A DNA stretch of 64,000 nucleotides from an uncultured Veillonellaceae bacterium (GTDB taxonomy: Bacteria > Bacillota > Negativicutes > UBA1444): positions 4,546 through 68,545 of the forward strand of contig CAZFSM010000019.1 in the NCBI GenBank assembly GCA_964521625.1, written 5' to 3'. How positions within the stretch are numbered: position 1 is the first letter of the stretch; every line of letters starts with the position of its first letter. The notes under the pieces were generated by a model. That model worked only from the letters and a program-made list of their open reading frames with translations, ran no database searches and had not been told where the DNA came from. Positions 20,284-29,850 of this stretch are shown here, in pieces. The position numbers and the translations under genes are program-made.

Positions 20284-22059
20284 ATGATCGACAAGAAAAA
20301 GCTCATCAGTGACAAGGTGGATGAGCTGACAAAGAAAGCAGCACAAACGAATGGAATGCTTGCGCATGTGGAAATCATGGATTCGTTTCAGAATGATGAT
20401 ATTTCACCGGAAGAGATTGAAGACGTTTATGAGCTGTTGGCAAAAAAGCATATCGAAATTGTCGATGAAATACCAGATCCCGATGTGTTGGATGTAGCGG
20501 CGCCAGGAGATGCGGAGCCGGTTGTCGAAGAAGCGGATCTTGAACAGGTGATCCCAGAGGGGGTCAGTATTGACGATCCGGTACGGATGTATCTGAAAGA
20601 AATTGGCCGCGTATCGCTGCTGTCGGCAGTTGACGAAACCAAGCTGGCCCGCCGTATGGATAAAGGCAATGAAGCACAACAACTTTTGGAGTTGTTGAAT
20701 GATGAAGAACCGTCTGCACTTGTCGGTTCGTTGCCAATGAATGAGCGGCTGGCGTTGTCGTCTCAGTTGCTGTCATTTGAAGAATATGTGACAAAAATCC
20801 GTTCCACCAGTGAAATGCTGAAGCTACTGCGTGAAATTGCCGCGACTATGGATCAGAAGATTCCTGTCGGTTTATATCAAGCTGCTATCGCAGAATTGAC
20901 CAAGGAAGAAGTTCGTTCCTTACAAAACCACCTGTCTGCAGCGGGAGTCGAGACGGTTGAAGGCGAGGCGCCGCAGGGGTTGTTTGGCGCACCAGTGCTA
21001 ACAGGAATTCCGCGACTGGAAATGACCGGGTCGGTGGAAACTGTTGACGTATTGCGCGTTTTGGTTGCATTGGGTAGGCAACAGAGCAATCTGGTTACAA
21101 CCGAACAGTTAAACCTGGCACTGAAGCCCAATGACCCATCGACGGTCCGTCTGTCGGAAGGATCGCATATTACCAAAGTCTGTACGGGGCTGGAAGCCGA
21201 AGCTGTGCAGCTAATTGAAGGCGGAAATCTGGCGCTGTCTTACTCTTTGCTACGGGGGTTGCCAACAACTGATGTTCAGGCCGATGAATTGGTTCAGCGG
21301 ATTCGCAATGCCGCCAAACTCACGCTGGAACTGGGCGACCGGGCAAAACGAAGTCTTTCTGAGGCCAATCTGCGTTTGGTTGTCAGTATCGCCAAACGGT
21401 ATGTCGGTAGAGGAATGTTGTTCCTTGACCTGATTCAGGAGGGGAACCTGGGCCTGATTAAGGCGGTTGAGAAGTTTGATTATACCAAAGGCTATAAATT
21501 CAGCACTTATGCCACATGGTGGATTCGCCAGGCGATTACCCGCGCGATCGCTGATCAGGCAAGGACGATCCGGATTCCGGTGCACATGGTGGAAACGATC
21601 AATAAACTGATTCGGGTTTCCCGCCAATTGTTGCAGGAACTGGGCCGTGAACCAGCACCGGATGAGATTGCCAAAGTCATGGATATTACCGTGGAGCGGG
21701 TTCGTGAAATCATGAAGATCGCCCAGGAACCGGTATCCTTGGAGACGCCGATCGGCGAGGAAGAAGATTCTCATCTGGGAGATTTTATTGAAGATGCCGA
21801 TGCCCAGGCGCCAGCCGATGCAGCTTCATTCATGGTACTCAAGGAGCAGCTGGAAGAAGTGTTGGAAACCCTGACGCCGCGCGAAAAAAAGGTGCTTCGG
21901 TTGCGGTTCGGACTCGATGACGGCAGGGCCAGAACCCTGGAGGAAGTCGGCCACCATTTCCAGGTCACGCGGGAGCGGATTCGGCAAATTGAAGCGAAAG
22001 CATTGCGCAAATTGCGACACCCCAGTCGCAGCAAAAAACTAAAAGATTTCCTGGAATAA
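20284..22059 (+). CDS. sigA: RNA polymerase primary sigma factor (sigma-70/SigA) with a long non-conserved insertion between regions 1.2 and 2.1
   Basis: Regions 2-4 are nearly identical to Bacillus SigA ([28 protein letters not shown]...[34 protein letters not shown]). The possible TTG at 20278 or the ATG at 20284 could be the start. The protein is about 590 aa. Confidence 0.95.
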   Translation: MIDKKKLISDKVDELTKKAAQTNGMLAHVEIMDSFQNDDISPEEIEDVYELLAKKHIEIVDEIPDPDVLDVAAPGDAEPVVEEADLEQVIPEGVSIDDPVRMYLKEIGRVSLLSAVDETKLARRMDKGNEAQQLLELLNDEEPSALVGSLPMNERLALSSQLLSFEEYVTKIRSTSEMLKLLREIAATMDQKIPVGLYQAAIAELTKEEVRSLQNHLSAAGVETVEGEAPQGLFGAPVLTGIPRLEMTGSVETVDVLRVLVALGRQQSNLVTTEQLNLALKPNDPSTVRLSEGSHITKVCTGLEAEAVQLIEGGNLALSYSLLRGLPTTDVQADELVQRIRNAAKLTLELGDRAKRSLSEANLRLVVSIAKRYVGRGMLFLDLIQEGNLGLIKAVEKFDYTKGYKFSTYATWWIRQAITRAIADQARTIRIPVHMVETINKLIRVSRQLLQELGREPAPDEIAKVMDITVERVREIMKIAQEPVSLETPIGEEEDSHLGDFIEDADAQAPADAASFMVLKEQLEEVLETLTPREKKVLRLRFGLDDGRARTLEEVGHHFQVTRERIRQIEAKALRKLRHPSRSKKLKDFLE

Positions 22060-22127
22060 AAAATAATTCAAAAAAGCCCTTGACGAGCCTAGGTTCGGTA
22101 TATTACAATAAATGACGTTGACAACAT

Positions 22128-22202
22128 TCCTCGATAGCTCAATGGTAGAGCACGCGGCTGTTAACCGCGGGGTTGTAGGTTCGAGTCCTACTCGAGGAGC
22201 CA
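22128..22202 (+). tRNA. tRNA-Asn (GTT)
   Basis: Cloverleaf with a 7-bp acceptor stem (TCCTCGA/TCGAGGA), D arm AGCTCAATGGTAGAGC, anticodon loop CTGTTAA, T arm GGTTCGAGTCC and an encoded CCA. Confidence 0.9.
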
Positions 22203-22250
22203 TTCTAAAAATAGGCAGGCTTTCTTCGGAAAACCTGTTTTGTGTCTCCG

Positions 22251-22325
22251 GGGCCTATAGCTCAGCGGTAGAGCCGCCGGCTCATAACCGGCTGGTCCCT
22301 GGTTCGATCCCAGGTGGGCCCACCA
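22251..22325 (+). tRNA. tRNA with a CAT anticodon. It is either elongator tRNA-Met or the tRNA-Ile2 lysidine type. It is not an initiator, because position 1 pairs with position 72.
   Basis: Acceptor GGGCCTA/TGGGCCC, anticodon stem GCCGG/CCGGC, loop CTCATAA, T arm GGTTCGATCC, CCA encoded. Confidence 0.85.
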
Positions 22326-22334
22326 CATTCATCC

Positions 22335-22409
22335 GGCCCGTTGGTCAAGCGGTTAAGACACCGCCCTTTCACGGCGGTATCGGGGGTTCGATTCCCCCAC
22401 GGGTCACCA
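22335..22409 (+). tRNA. tRNA-Glu (TTC)
   Basis: Acceptor GGCCCGT/ACGGGTC, anticodon stem CCGCC/GGCGG, loop CTTTCAC, T arm GGTTCGATTCC, CCA encoded. Confidence 0.9.
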
Positions 22410-22417
22410 GCACTTCA

Positions 22418-22448
22418 AGTCCGGGATTTTTCCCGGACTTTTTATTTT
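22418..22448 (+). terminator. Intrinsic terminator of the tRNA cluster
   Basis: AGTCCGGGAtttttCCCGGACT followed by TTTTTATTTT. Confidence 0.85.
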
Positions 22449-22512
22449 GAGCAGGGGCCAGACCGGCTGTTGTAGAATCAAATACGTAATTGATTTTGGA
22501 TGGTGAAACTGG

Positions 22513-23203
22513 AATGTTGCTTGACGCCCGACTCCGTACAGTTGCCGGCTTGATTGGAAATTATCGCAGAGTGGCCGATATTGGTTCGGACCATGCTTAT
22601 CTGCCGGTATGGCTGATATTGCAGGATAAAGCTGATTTCGCAGTGGCAGGCGAGATTCAGCCCGGCCCGCTGGAAGCGGCCAGTCGGACAGTCGGCGAAG
22701 CGGCTCTTGGAGATAGTGTTGCAGTGCGGCTGGGCGACGGACTGGCGGTGCTGCAACCAGGCGAAGTAGAGACAGTCGTGATTGCCGGGGTGGGCGGAAA
22801 AGTTATTCGCGGTATTTTGGCGCGCTCACCGGAAATCGTTCAACGATTGTCGCGGATTGTCTGCCAGCCAATGACGGGGGCCGCGGGGCTACGTCGCTGG
22901 CTGCAGGAGAACGGTTGGATGATTGTTGCCGAAGAACTGGTCTGCGACGAGGGGCGACTGTATGAGGTGTTGGCGGCAGAACCAGGCCTGTCCGAACCGT
23001 CGGCAGAATTGCTGCAGGAAGTCGGGCCGCTGCTTTGGCAACAGCGTCACCCATTGTTGGCAGCGCAGCTTGACCGTTTGATTGAACAATATCGAAGCCG
23101 GGTTCAATCCATGCAATATTCTCACTCAATGAGCGTAACAGAGCAAAGGATTGCCTGGGAACAAAAAATTCAGGCATTGGAGGCGATGAAAGCATGTCTG
23201 TGA
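22513..23203 (+). CDS. trmK: tRNA (adenine22-N1)-methyltransferase
   Basis: Collinear similarity to B. subtilis YqfN/TrmK (ADIGSDHAYLP...GEI..GP...DGL...IAG[MV]GG). The dnaG-sigA-yqfN-yqfO order is conserved. Confidence 0.85.
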
Positions 23204-24309
23204 ACTGCGACGGCATTGCGGCGGCGATTGAAAAACTGGCACCCCTGGCATTGGCTGAACCCTGGGATAATGTCGGCCTGTTGGTTGGCAGGGGTGATCA
23301 GCCGGCTAGCTTGGTTTTATTGACCGTTGATGTAACCCCGCCGGTAATCGAAGAGGCAATAGAATTTGGCGCAGCCATGATTGTCAGTCACCATCCGTTC
23401 CCGTTCCAGCCGTTTCGGCAGATCCGAACGGATAGCGTAAACGGCGCCATGTTGTCGCAACTGATGAAGCATGAAATTGCGGTCTACGCAGCTCATACCA
23501 ATCTGGACCGGGCCGAAGGCGGCGTCAACGATGCGCTGGCCAACAAACTGGGTTTGACTGCTACGGCGCCGTTAGTGCCGTATATGGAGCCGCTGGTTAA
23601 GATTGTTGTCTTTGTGCCCGAAGACCATGAAACAATGGTATGGCAGGCAATGAGCGGGGCTGGCGCAGGTCATGTCGGTAACTATAGTGGCTGCTCCTTT
23701 CGGACAAAGGGCGTGGGGACCTTTATACCGCAGGCGGGTAGCCGTCCGTTTATCGGCCAGGCGCAGCAATTGTCCTCGGTTGTTGAAGTCCGGCTGGAAA
23801 CGATAGTTCCGGCAGCGCTGTCGGCAAAGATTGTTCAGGCGATGATTGCGGCTCATCCTTATGAAGAAGTGGCCTATGATGTATTTGCATTGCAAAATCA
23901 GCGTCCACAGGGTGGTTTAGGGAGAATCGGCCAGCTACCAACGACGATTTCTCTGGCAGAATTTGCTGCTGCAGTAAAAACGGCGCTCGGTTTGGATGGC
24001 GTAAGGGTGTATGGCGACATGGACACTCAGGTTCATAAGATCGCTGTCTGCGGCGGCTCCGGCATGGATTGCGCAGCCCCGGCGCGTAGCGCTGGCGCAG
24101 CGGTTCTGGTGACGGCTGATATTCGTTATCACGAGGCTCAGGATGCATTGGCGAAAGATCTGTGTCTGATTGACGCCGGGCACTTTGCGACAGAATATCC
24201 CGTATTGGCGGCATTGCAAACTTATTTGCAAAATCAGGCAGAGCAGCAAAACTGGCGCAGCCGGTTTGAAATCGCGCGAAGGCAGGGGCCGGTTTTCCGG
24301 CAATGCTGA
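23194..24309 (+). CDS. Nif3-family dinuclear-metal-centre protein (YqfO / GTP cyclohydrolase 1 type 2 homologue)
   Basis: N-terminal NIF3 motifs (AEPWDNVGLLVG...MIVSHHP...VYAAHTNLD) and a C-terminal NIF3 half. Overlaps the trmK stop. Confidence 0.85.
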   Translation: MSVNCDGIAAAIEKLAPLALAEPWDNVGLLVGRGDQPASLVLLTVDVTPPVIEEAIEFGAAMIVSHHPFPFQPFRQIRTDSVNGAMLSQLMKHEIAVYAAHTNLDRAEGGVNDALANKLGLTATAPLVPYMEPLVKIVVFVPEDHETMVWQAMSGAGAGHVGNYSGCSFRTKGVGTFIPQAGSRPFIGQAQQLSSVVEVRLETIVPAALSAKIVQAMIAAHPYEEVAYDVFALQNQRPQGGLGRIGQLPTTISLAEFAAAVKTALGLDGVRVYGDMDTQVHKIAVCGGSGMDCAAPARSAGAAVLVTADIRYHEAQDALAKDLCLIDAGHFATEYPVLAALQTYLQNQAEQQNWRSRFEIARRQGPVFRQC

Positions 24310-24372
24310 GTTGTTGCGTTAAATTTAGCGCCGAGATGCTTCCATTTTTCTGAAAAACGTGTATAATGAAGA

Positions 24373-24387
24373 TATAAATATTTGATA
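24373..24387 (+). promoter_or_regulatory. Candidate Fur box overlapping the feoAB promoter (extended -10 TGTATAATG at about 24358-24366)
   Basis: TGATAATTCTTTTCA partially matches the 7-1-7 Fur consensus TGATAATnATTATCA. It sits immediately upstream of the ferrous-iron uptake genes. Confidence 0.3.
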
Positions 24388-24418
24388 ATTCTTTTCAGTT
24401 ATGGGGGCGCGGTGCATC

Positions 24419-24658
24419 ATGGAAAATGAGCTTTCATTGGATTCTGTTGAAGAACAGCAAGAGATGAAAATCACCGGACTTAGCGGCTCTCGCGCACAAC
24501 GTACACGAATGCTGCAGATGGGTTTTACACCCGGTACGCGAGTTCGGATCGTGCGGCGGGCGCCGATGAATGACCCGGTTGAAATCAAGGTCCGTGGAAC
24601 CAGTATCTTGCTCAGACGGGATGAATGTCAGAATATCAAGGTGGCCGAGGCGGAGTGA
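24419..24658 (+). CDS. feoA: FeoA family protein
   Basis: Small SH3-like FeoA pattern (KITGLSGSRAQRTRMLQMGFTPGTRVRIVRRAPMNDPVEIKVRGTSI). Confidence 0.85.
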   Translation: MENELSLDSVEEQQEMKITGLSGSRAQRTRMLQMGFTPGTRVRIVRRAPMNDPVEIKVRGTSILLRRDECQNIKVAEAE

Positions 24659-26577
24659 GTGAGCAAAGCAGTCGACCAGTAACGGTTGCGATTATCGGCA
24701 ATCCGAATGTTGGCAAAAGTGTCTTGTTTAATGCCATCACCGGTGCGAGTCAAACGATTGGCAATTGGTGCGGCAAAACAACGGATATCTGTACATTGGC
24801 TGTTCATTACGAAAACCGGGAGCTGCATTTTACAGACTTGCCCGGAATATATGGGTTTGGTGGTCATTCGCCGGAAGAAATTCTGGTGAATGATTTTTTG
24901 CGTGACGAACCGCCTGACGTGGTGATGGTGATATTGGACGCGATGAATCTGGAGCGGAGCCTATATCTGCTACTGGAATCATTGGAACGCTATCGTAAGG
25001 TCATGGTAGTTCTGAACAAACTGGATATGGCGCAGGAGCGGGAAGTCGCCGTTTACCACGATCGTCTGGAGCTGGAGCTACAAGTGCCGGTTTTGCCGGA
25101 AATGGTCAAGGGACGGCTTAATACCCAGGAATTGTTCGCGACAGTACTGGCGATGGCTGATTCCACCACGCCGCTGCGTTCTTACGCGATTCGTTACGGC
25201 GAAAACATTGAACAGCAGCTAAGTGAACGCAAGGATACAGTGGTGGATGGTCCGCTCGGCAGCGCACGCTGGCTATTGCTAAAACAGATGGAGTCGGGCG
25301 ACGATTTACTGCAGACGGAAATTATCAGCACACGGTATAATCTGGCTGAGGATGTCGCAGCCCGCGTAATGGCCCGGCGCTCCAGCGGTGAGACTGTGTC
25401 CGACCAGATTGACCGTTGGGTTTTGCATCCTGTGTTGGGTGGCCCATTGATGCTGTTGACCTTTGGTCTGGTGTTTTACCTCACCTTTACGGTCAGCCGT
25501 CCAATTTCGGAGTGGCTGGCCAATGTGTTCGACTTATTCGGGCTTTGGCTCGAAGCAACGTTGTTGGCAGCTCAGTTTCCGCAGCTTTTGACCAGCATGT
25601 TGGTGGATGGCGTTGTCAAGGGTGTTGGCGCAGCTATGGGTTTTTTGCCGCAGATGGCATTGTTCTTTTTGTTTTACACGTTGATTCAGGACAGCGGTTA
25701 CATGGTGCGAGTGGTTTTCTTGGCTGACCGGGTCATGAGCGCGTTGGGGATGAACGGCAAGACATTCCTGCCGCTGGTCCTGGGCTGCAGTTGCAATGTC
25801 AATGGCGTTTTAGCGTCGCGCATTCTGTCCAGTCGTTACGACAGAACAGTCGCGATTTTAATCAGTTCCTACGCGCCATGCCCGGCGCGCCTCGGCGTGA
25901 TGGTATTTTTGGTTTCGGCTTTTTTCACTTCCACAGCTGCTACGCTGGTCATGCTGGCAATGCTCGCGATCAGTTTGGGGTTGATGGTGGTGGTGGCCTA
26001 TATTGTCAGCCTGTTCATATCCCGTTCGGGTGAAGGGTCCTTCATCATGGAGCTGCCGCCGTATCAAAAACCGACAGCCTATGGCCTGATGAAATCTTCA
26101 ACAGTAATGACAATGAACTTTATCCGCCGCATCCGCAATGTGATAATTGCCGCTTCGATCGTGATGTGGACGTTGTCCACGTTCCCACTGGGGCCGTTCG
26201 AAAACAGTTTCATCGTGTCAATCGGCAAAGTGCTGGAACCGATCGGACACCTTATGGGGTTGAATTGGCAACTGATTGTGGCCTTGTTATTTGGTATTGC
26301 TGCCAAAGAGAGCGTGTTGTCCAGCCTGGGAATTATTTATCATGCGGCGCAGGATTCCGGCAATCTAGCCGAAGTGTTGACTCACAATATTTCGCCGCTG
26401 ACCGCGTTCACTTTTCTGCTGGTTTATATGATCTACACGCCCTGCGTGACCACACTAATCACCATGTATCACGAAACCCATGACTGGCGGATCGTGTTGT
26501 ATGGTGCTCTTGGCAGTTTTGTCTCCGCCTTTATTCTTGGCAGTCTGGTATTTCAACTAGGCAGATTGCTGCTCTAA
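24625..26577 (+). CDS. feoB: Ferrous iron transporter B (GTPase plus membrane permease)
   Basis: G-protein motifs VAIIGNPNVGKS, DLPG, NKLD. The C-terminal polytopic domain has two gate motifs. The exact start is uncertain (ATG at 24625 overlapping feoA, or GTG near 24655). Confidence 0.9.
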   Translation: MSEYQGGRGGVSEQSSRPVTVAIIGNPNVGKSVLFNAITGASQTIGNWCGKTTDICTLAVHYENRELHFTDLPGIYGFGGHSPEEILVNDFLRDEPPDVVMVILDAMNLERSLYLLLESLERYRKVMVVLNKLDMAQEREVAVYHDRLELELQVPVLPEMVKGRLNTQELFATVLAMADSTTPLRSYAIRYGENIEQQLSERKDTVVDGPLGSARWLLLKQMESGDDLLQTEIISTRYNLAEDVAARVMARRSSGETVSDQIDRWVLHPVLGGPLMLLTFGLVFYLTFTVSRPISEWLANVFDLFGLWLEATLLAAQFPQLLTSMLVDGVVKGVGAAMGFLPQMALFFLFYTLIQDSGYMVRVVFLADRVMSALGMNGKTFLPLVLGCSCNVNGVLASRILSSRYDRTVAILISSYAPCPARLGVMVFLVSAFFTSTAATLVMLAMLAISLGLMVVVAYIVSLFISRSGEGSFIMELPPYQKPTAYGLMKSSTVMTMNFIRRIRNVIIAASIVMWTLSTFPLGPFENSFIVSIGKVLEPIGHLMGLNWQLIVALLFGIAAKESVLSSLGIIYHAAQDSGNLAEVLTHNISPLTAFTFLLVYMIYTPCVTTLITMYHETHDWRIVLYGALGSFVSAFILGSLVFQLGRLLL

Positions 26578-26683
26578 ATCCGTTTTGTCTGTGATCAAAC
26601 TGAGGTTTTCGTTGCGCGATATCGCGATATATTTATTTGACAAGGGCGGCGAAACCTTGTTACAATAAATAAAAATATCCTTT

Positions 26684-26774
26684 AAACTGGTCCCGTGAGG
26701 CCGGTAAGGGGTGACGTACGTTGCGATTGTTCATGCCTTTTTTGCGTGCCTCACACGCGGGAAAGGCGTTTTTT
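26684..26774 (+). promoter_or_regulatory. PyrR-type transcription attenuator (binding loop plus terminator) in the pyrKDFE leader. The promoter TTGACA-17-TTACAAT lies at about 26637-26666.
   Basis: GGUCCCGUGAGGCC...GGUAAGG at 26684-26712 matches the PyrR binding-loop consensus (RGUCCAGAGAGGCU...AAGG). Downstream, the hairpin GCCTTTtttGCGTGcctcaCACGCgggAAAGGC at 26735-26767 is followed by GTTTTTT. Confidence 0.65.
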
Positions 26775-26809
26775 GATGCAAAAGTAAGATTGCAGAAAGG
26801 GGTAAGCGC

Positions 26810-27589
26810 GTGGAACAGAAAACGAAATGGATGGAGCAGGCGCTTATTGTCAGCAACCAGGCCCTTTCGGCCGATGTGTACCGGATGGTTGTGCATTCAC
26901 CGCAGGTGGCGGCAGCATGTGTGCCTGGACAATTTGTGATGGTGCGTCTGTCGGGGTCAAGCGATCCGCTACTGAGGCGACCGCTGAGCATTGCCGGCGC
27001 CGATCGTGAATCCGGCAAACTGACTTTGATTTATCGGCTGGTCGGTCGTGGCACGCAGCAGATGGCGGCGGCGGCGGTCGGAGCAACGCTGGATGTTATG
27101 GGACCACTCGGTCGCGGCTTTGATCTTTCGGCTTCCCGTTTGTTACTGGTCGGCGGTGGAATTGGCCTGGCGCCGTTGCTGTTTGCTGCACAGCGGTGTT
27201 GTCCTGCCCCAGTGGAAGTATTGGCCGGTGGGCGCACGAAAGATGAATTGTTTTGGACTGACCTGTTTCGGCAGTCATGCAAACAGATCCATGTTACGAC
27301 GGACGATGGCAGTCTGGGACTATGTGGCACCTGTGCCGATGCTTTGCCTGAGTTATTGATGAATGGAACGTATGACGGGGTACTGACCTGTGGTCCCCGA
27401 CCGATGATGCGACGCGTGGCGGCCCTAGCAACGGCGGTCGGTGTTCGTACTCAGGTTTCATTGGAAGAACATATGGCCTGTGGTCTGGGCGCCTGTCTTT
27501 CCTGCACCTGCGGCGCTGCAGACGGTGGAAGCCGTCAGGTCTGTAAGGATGGTCCGGTATTCTGGTCCGAGGAGGTCGACTGGTCATGA
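26810..27589 (+). CDS. pyrK: Dihydroorotate dehydrogenase electron-transfer subunit
   Basis: FAD/NAD-binding ferredoxin-reductase fold with a C-terminal Cys cluster ([11 protein letters not shown]). GTG start with RBS AAAGGGG. The stop overlaps pyrD. Confidence 0.85.
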   Translation: MEQKTKWMEQALIVSNQALSADVYRMVVHSPQVAAACVPGQFVMVRLSGSSDPLLRRPLSIAGADRESGKLTLIYRLVGRGTQQMAAAAVGATLDVMGPLGRGFDLSASRLLLVGGGIGLAPLLFAAQRCCPAPVEVLAGGRTKDELFWTDLFRQSCKQIHVTTDDGSLGLCGTCADALPELLMNGTYDGVLTCGPRPMMRRVAALATAVGVRTQVSLEEHMACGLGACLSCTCGAADGGSRQVCKDGPVFWSEEVDWS

Positions 27590-28503
27590 GCGCATGCCTG
27601 CAGACGGAACTGGCCGGTATCAAGCTGCGAACTCCATTGATGGCAGCATCAGGCACCTTTGGCTTTGGCGAAGAGTTCCTAGATTTTCTTGAGCAGGCAG
27701 ATGTCGGTGCGATTGTCGTCAAAGGAATGACCCGTGAACCGCGCAAAGGCAATACGGGCCGCCGAATGGCAGAAACCCCGTCAGGGATGTTGAACTGCAT
27801 TGGTTTGCAAAACCCTGGCGTAGATGTTTTCTTGCGCGAAATCCTGCCGCGGATCAAGCAACTGGATACGCCAATCATCGTCAACATTAACGGCAATGTT
27901 CAGGAAGACTATGCTTATCTGGCGGAAGTGCTTGATGCGAGCGGTGTGGCTGCACTTGAAGTGAATATATCCTGCCCCAATACGCGTCACGGTTGCATGG
28001 CCTTCGGCGTGATTCCCGAAACGGCGGCTGAAGTGACCGCGGCAGTAAAGGCGAGAACAAAACTCCCTGTGATTGTGAAGCTTTCACCGAACGTAACTGA
28101 TATTAGCGAAATTGCCCGGGCGGTGGAAGCGGCTGGCGCAGATGCCGTATCCCTGATCAATACGCTGGTTGGCATGGCGATAGATACCCGTACTTGGCAA
28201 CCGGTTCTGGGTAATGTGGTCGGTGGTTTGTCAGGGCCGGCGGTGAAACCGGTTGCGCTGCGGATGGTCTGGCAAACGGCGCAGGCGGTAAAAATTCCTG
28301 TAATTGGCATGGGCGGGATTGCCACGGCCAATGATGCCGTCGAGTTTCTGCTGGCTGGCGCCAGTGCCATAGCGGTGGGTACGGCGAATTTCGTCAACCC
28401 GCGGGCAATTTCCGACATAGCCGCCGGATTGACAGATTATCTGGCCGAGCGACAACTCGATCATGTCGGTCAGTTGGTCGGGAAAATGAAAAGGGGAGAG
28501 TGA
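27586..28503 (+). CDS. pyrD: Dihydroorotate dehydrogenase catalytic subunit (class 1B)
   Basis: Conserved DHOD motifs ([28 protein letters not shown]). Confidence 0.9.
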   Translation: MSACLQTELAGIKLRTPLMAASGTFGFGEEFLDFLEQADVGAIVVKGMTREPRKGNTGRRMAETPSGMLNCIGLQNPGVDVFLREILPRIKQLDTPIIVNINGNVQEDYAYLAEVLDASGVAALEVNISCPNTRHGCMAFGVIPETAAEVTAAVKARTKLPVIVKLSPNVTDISEIARAVEAAGADAVSLINTLVGMAIDTRTWQPVLGNVVGGLSGPAVKPVALRMVWQTAQAVKIPVIGMGGIATANDAVEFLLAGASAIAVGTANFVNPRAISDIAAGLTDYLAERQLDHVGQLVGKMKRGE

Positions 28504-28511
28504 AACTACCC

Positions 28512-29228
28512 ATGATTACAGCGCGGGAACGCCTGATTGTTGCCATGGACTTATCTACACTGGAAAGTGTGAACGATGCGGTAGTGAAGATCGGTGATGC
28601 GGTCAGCTATTATAAGATTGGCATGGAATCGTTTTATAGTCTGGGGGGAGCGGCTCTGGACCTGATGGCCGCCAACCAGAAAAAAGTATTTCTGGACCTG
28701 AAGCTTCATGACATACCGAACACGGTCGCCCGCAGCGTAAAAGCCCTGTGTCGGTTCACTCCGGCCATGACTACGATCCATGCGGCCGGTGGTCCATCGA
28801 TGCTCAGGGCGGCTGTTGAAGCTGCTGCCGAAACTTCGGGCCAGTTGGGATTGCCCCGACCGAAATTGCTCGGCATCACCGTCCTGACCAGCATCAATGA
28901 ATCGGAATGGGCGGCAGTCGGGCACACGCAATCCATCCGCGATTCGGTGCTGCGGCTGGCGGAACTGTGCCAGCAAACCGGCATGGATGGCGTAGTTGCA
29001 TCACCGCAGGAAGCTGCAGCCATCCGGCAATGCTGTGGCCCCGATTTTTTGATTGTTACTCCGGGAATACGTCCCATGTACGGCGACAAGGGCGATCAAA
29101 GCCGCACGGCGACTCCGGCGGAAGCGCTGCGAGACGGCGCCGATTATCTGGTAGTGGGCCGGCCGGTGCTGGCAGCCGCCGATCCCCGCATGGCTGCGAT
29201 TGAAATTGTGAAAGAGATGGAGGGGTGA
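28512..29228 (+). CDS. pyrF: Orotidine 5'-phosphate decarboxylase
   Basis: MITARERLIVAMD...DLKLHDIPNTV... matches the OMP decarboxylase signature. The ATG at 28512 aligns with the Bacillus PyrF N-terminus; the ORF-track GTG is at 28500. Confidence 0.9.
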   Translation: MITARERLIVAMDLSTLESVNDAVVKIGDAVSYYKIGMESFYSLGGAALDLMAANQKKVFLDLKLHDIPNTVARSVKALCRFTPAMTTIHAAGGPSMLRAAVEAAAETSGQLGLPRPKLLGITVLTSINESEWAAVGHTQSIRDSVLRLAELCQQTGMDGVVASPQEAAAIRQCCGPDFLIVTPGIRPMYGDKGDQSRTATPAEALRDGADYLVVGRPVLAAADPRMAAIEIVKEMEG

Positions 29229-29231
29229 ACC

Positions 29232-29810
29232 ATGACTGAGGCACAAGTAAAAGAATTGCTGGTGAAACATGGTGCTCTGTTAGAAGGACATTTCCTGTTG
29301 ACGTCGGGGTTGCATAGCGGACAATATGTGGAAAAATTTCAGGTTTTGCAGTATCCTAAAGCTACCGAAGCACTTTGCGCCAGCTTTGCTGAAAAGTTCA
29401 AAGATGAAAAGATCGATGTGGTGATCGGGCCGGTAACCGGCGGCATCATTTTGGCGCATGAAACAGCCAAGCATTTTGGCACCCGGGCGATTTTCGCCGA
29501 ACGGGACAATGGAAAAATGGCGATCAAACGCGGTTTTGAAATCAAACCGGGCGACAGGGTCCTGGTTGTCGAAGACATCGTCACGACTGGCGGTTCGGTG
29601 CTGGAAGTGATCGAAGCAGTCAAAGAAATGGGCGGTGTGATTGCCGGTGTTGCCATTCTGGTTGACCGCAGCGGCGGCGCTGTCGATTTTGGCGCTCCGG
29701 CCAAAGCGTTGCTGACACTGAAAATACAAAACTATACAGCGGAAGAATGCCCGTACTGCAAACAGGGAATTCCGCTGGTCAAACGGGGTAGCCGCAAGGT
29801 GACCGCCTAA
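29232..29810 (+). CDS. pyrE: Orotate phosphoribosyltransferase
   Basis: PRPP-binding motif VLVVEDIVTTGGS and typical length. Confidence 0.9.
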   Translation: MTEAQVKELLVKHGALLEGHFLLTSGLHSGQYVEKFQVLQYPKATEALCASFAEKFKDEKIDVVIGPVTGGIILAHETAKHFGTRAIFAERDNGKMAIKRGFEIKPGDRVLVVEDIVTTGGSVLEVIEAVKEMGGVIAGVAILVDRSGGAVDFGAPAKALLTLKIQNYTAEECPYCKQGIPLVKRGSRKVTA

Positions 29811-29850
29811 ATCGAATGAAAACCGTAACAGGTAAAGGGATGGAGAAAAA

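Noticed and set aside
22100-22460. tRNA cluster as a possible integration site, or the 112-aa ORF at 22112-22450
   Set aside because: The ORF simply spans the three tRNA genes. No integrase, direct repeats or foreign genes flank the tRNAs, and the conserved sigA-trmK synteny continues on both sides.
26721-26939. A 72-aa ORF in the pyr leader, as a possible leader peptide
   Set aside because: PyrR attenuation does not use leader peptides. The ORF overlaps the terminator and the pyrK start and has no RBS.
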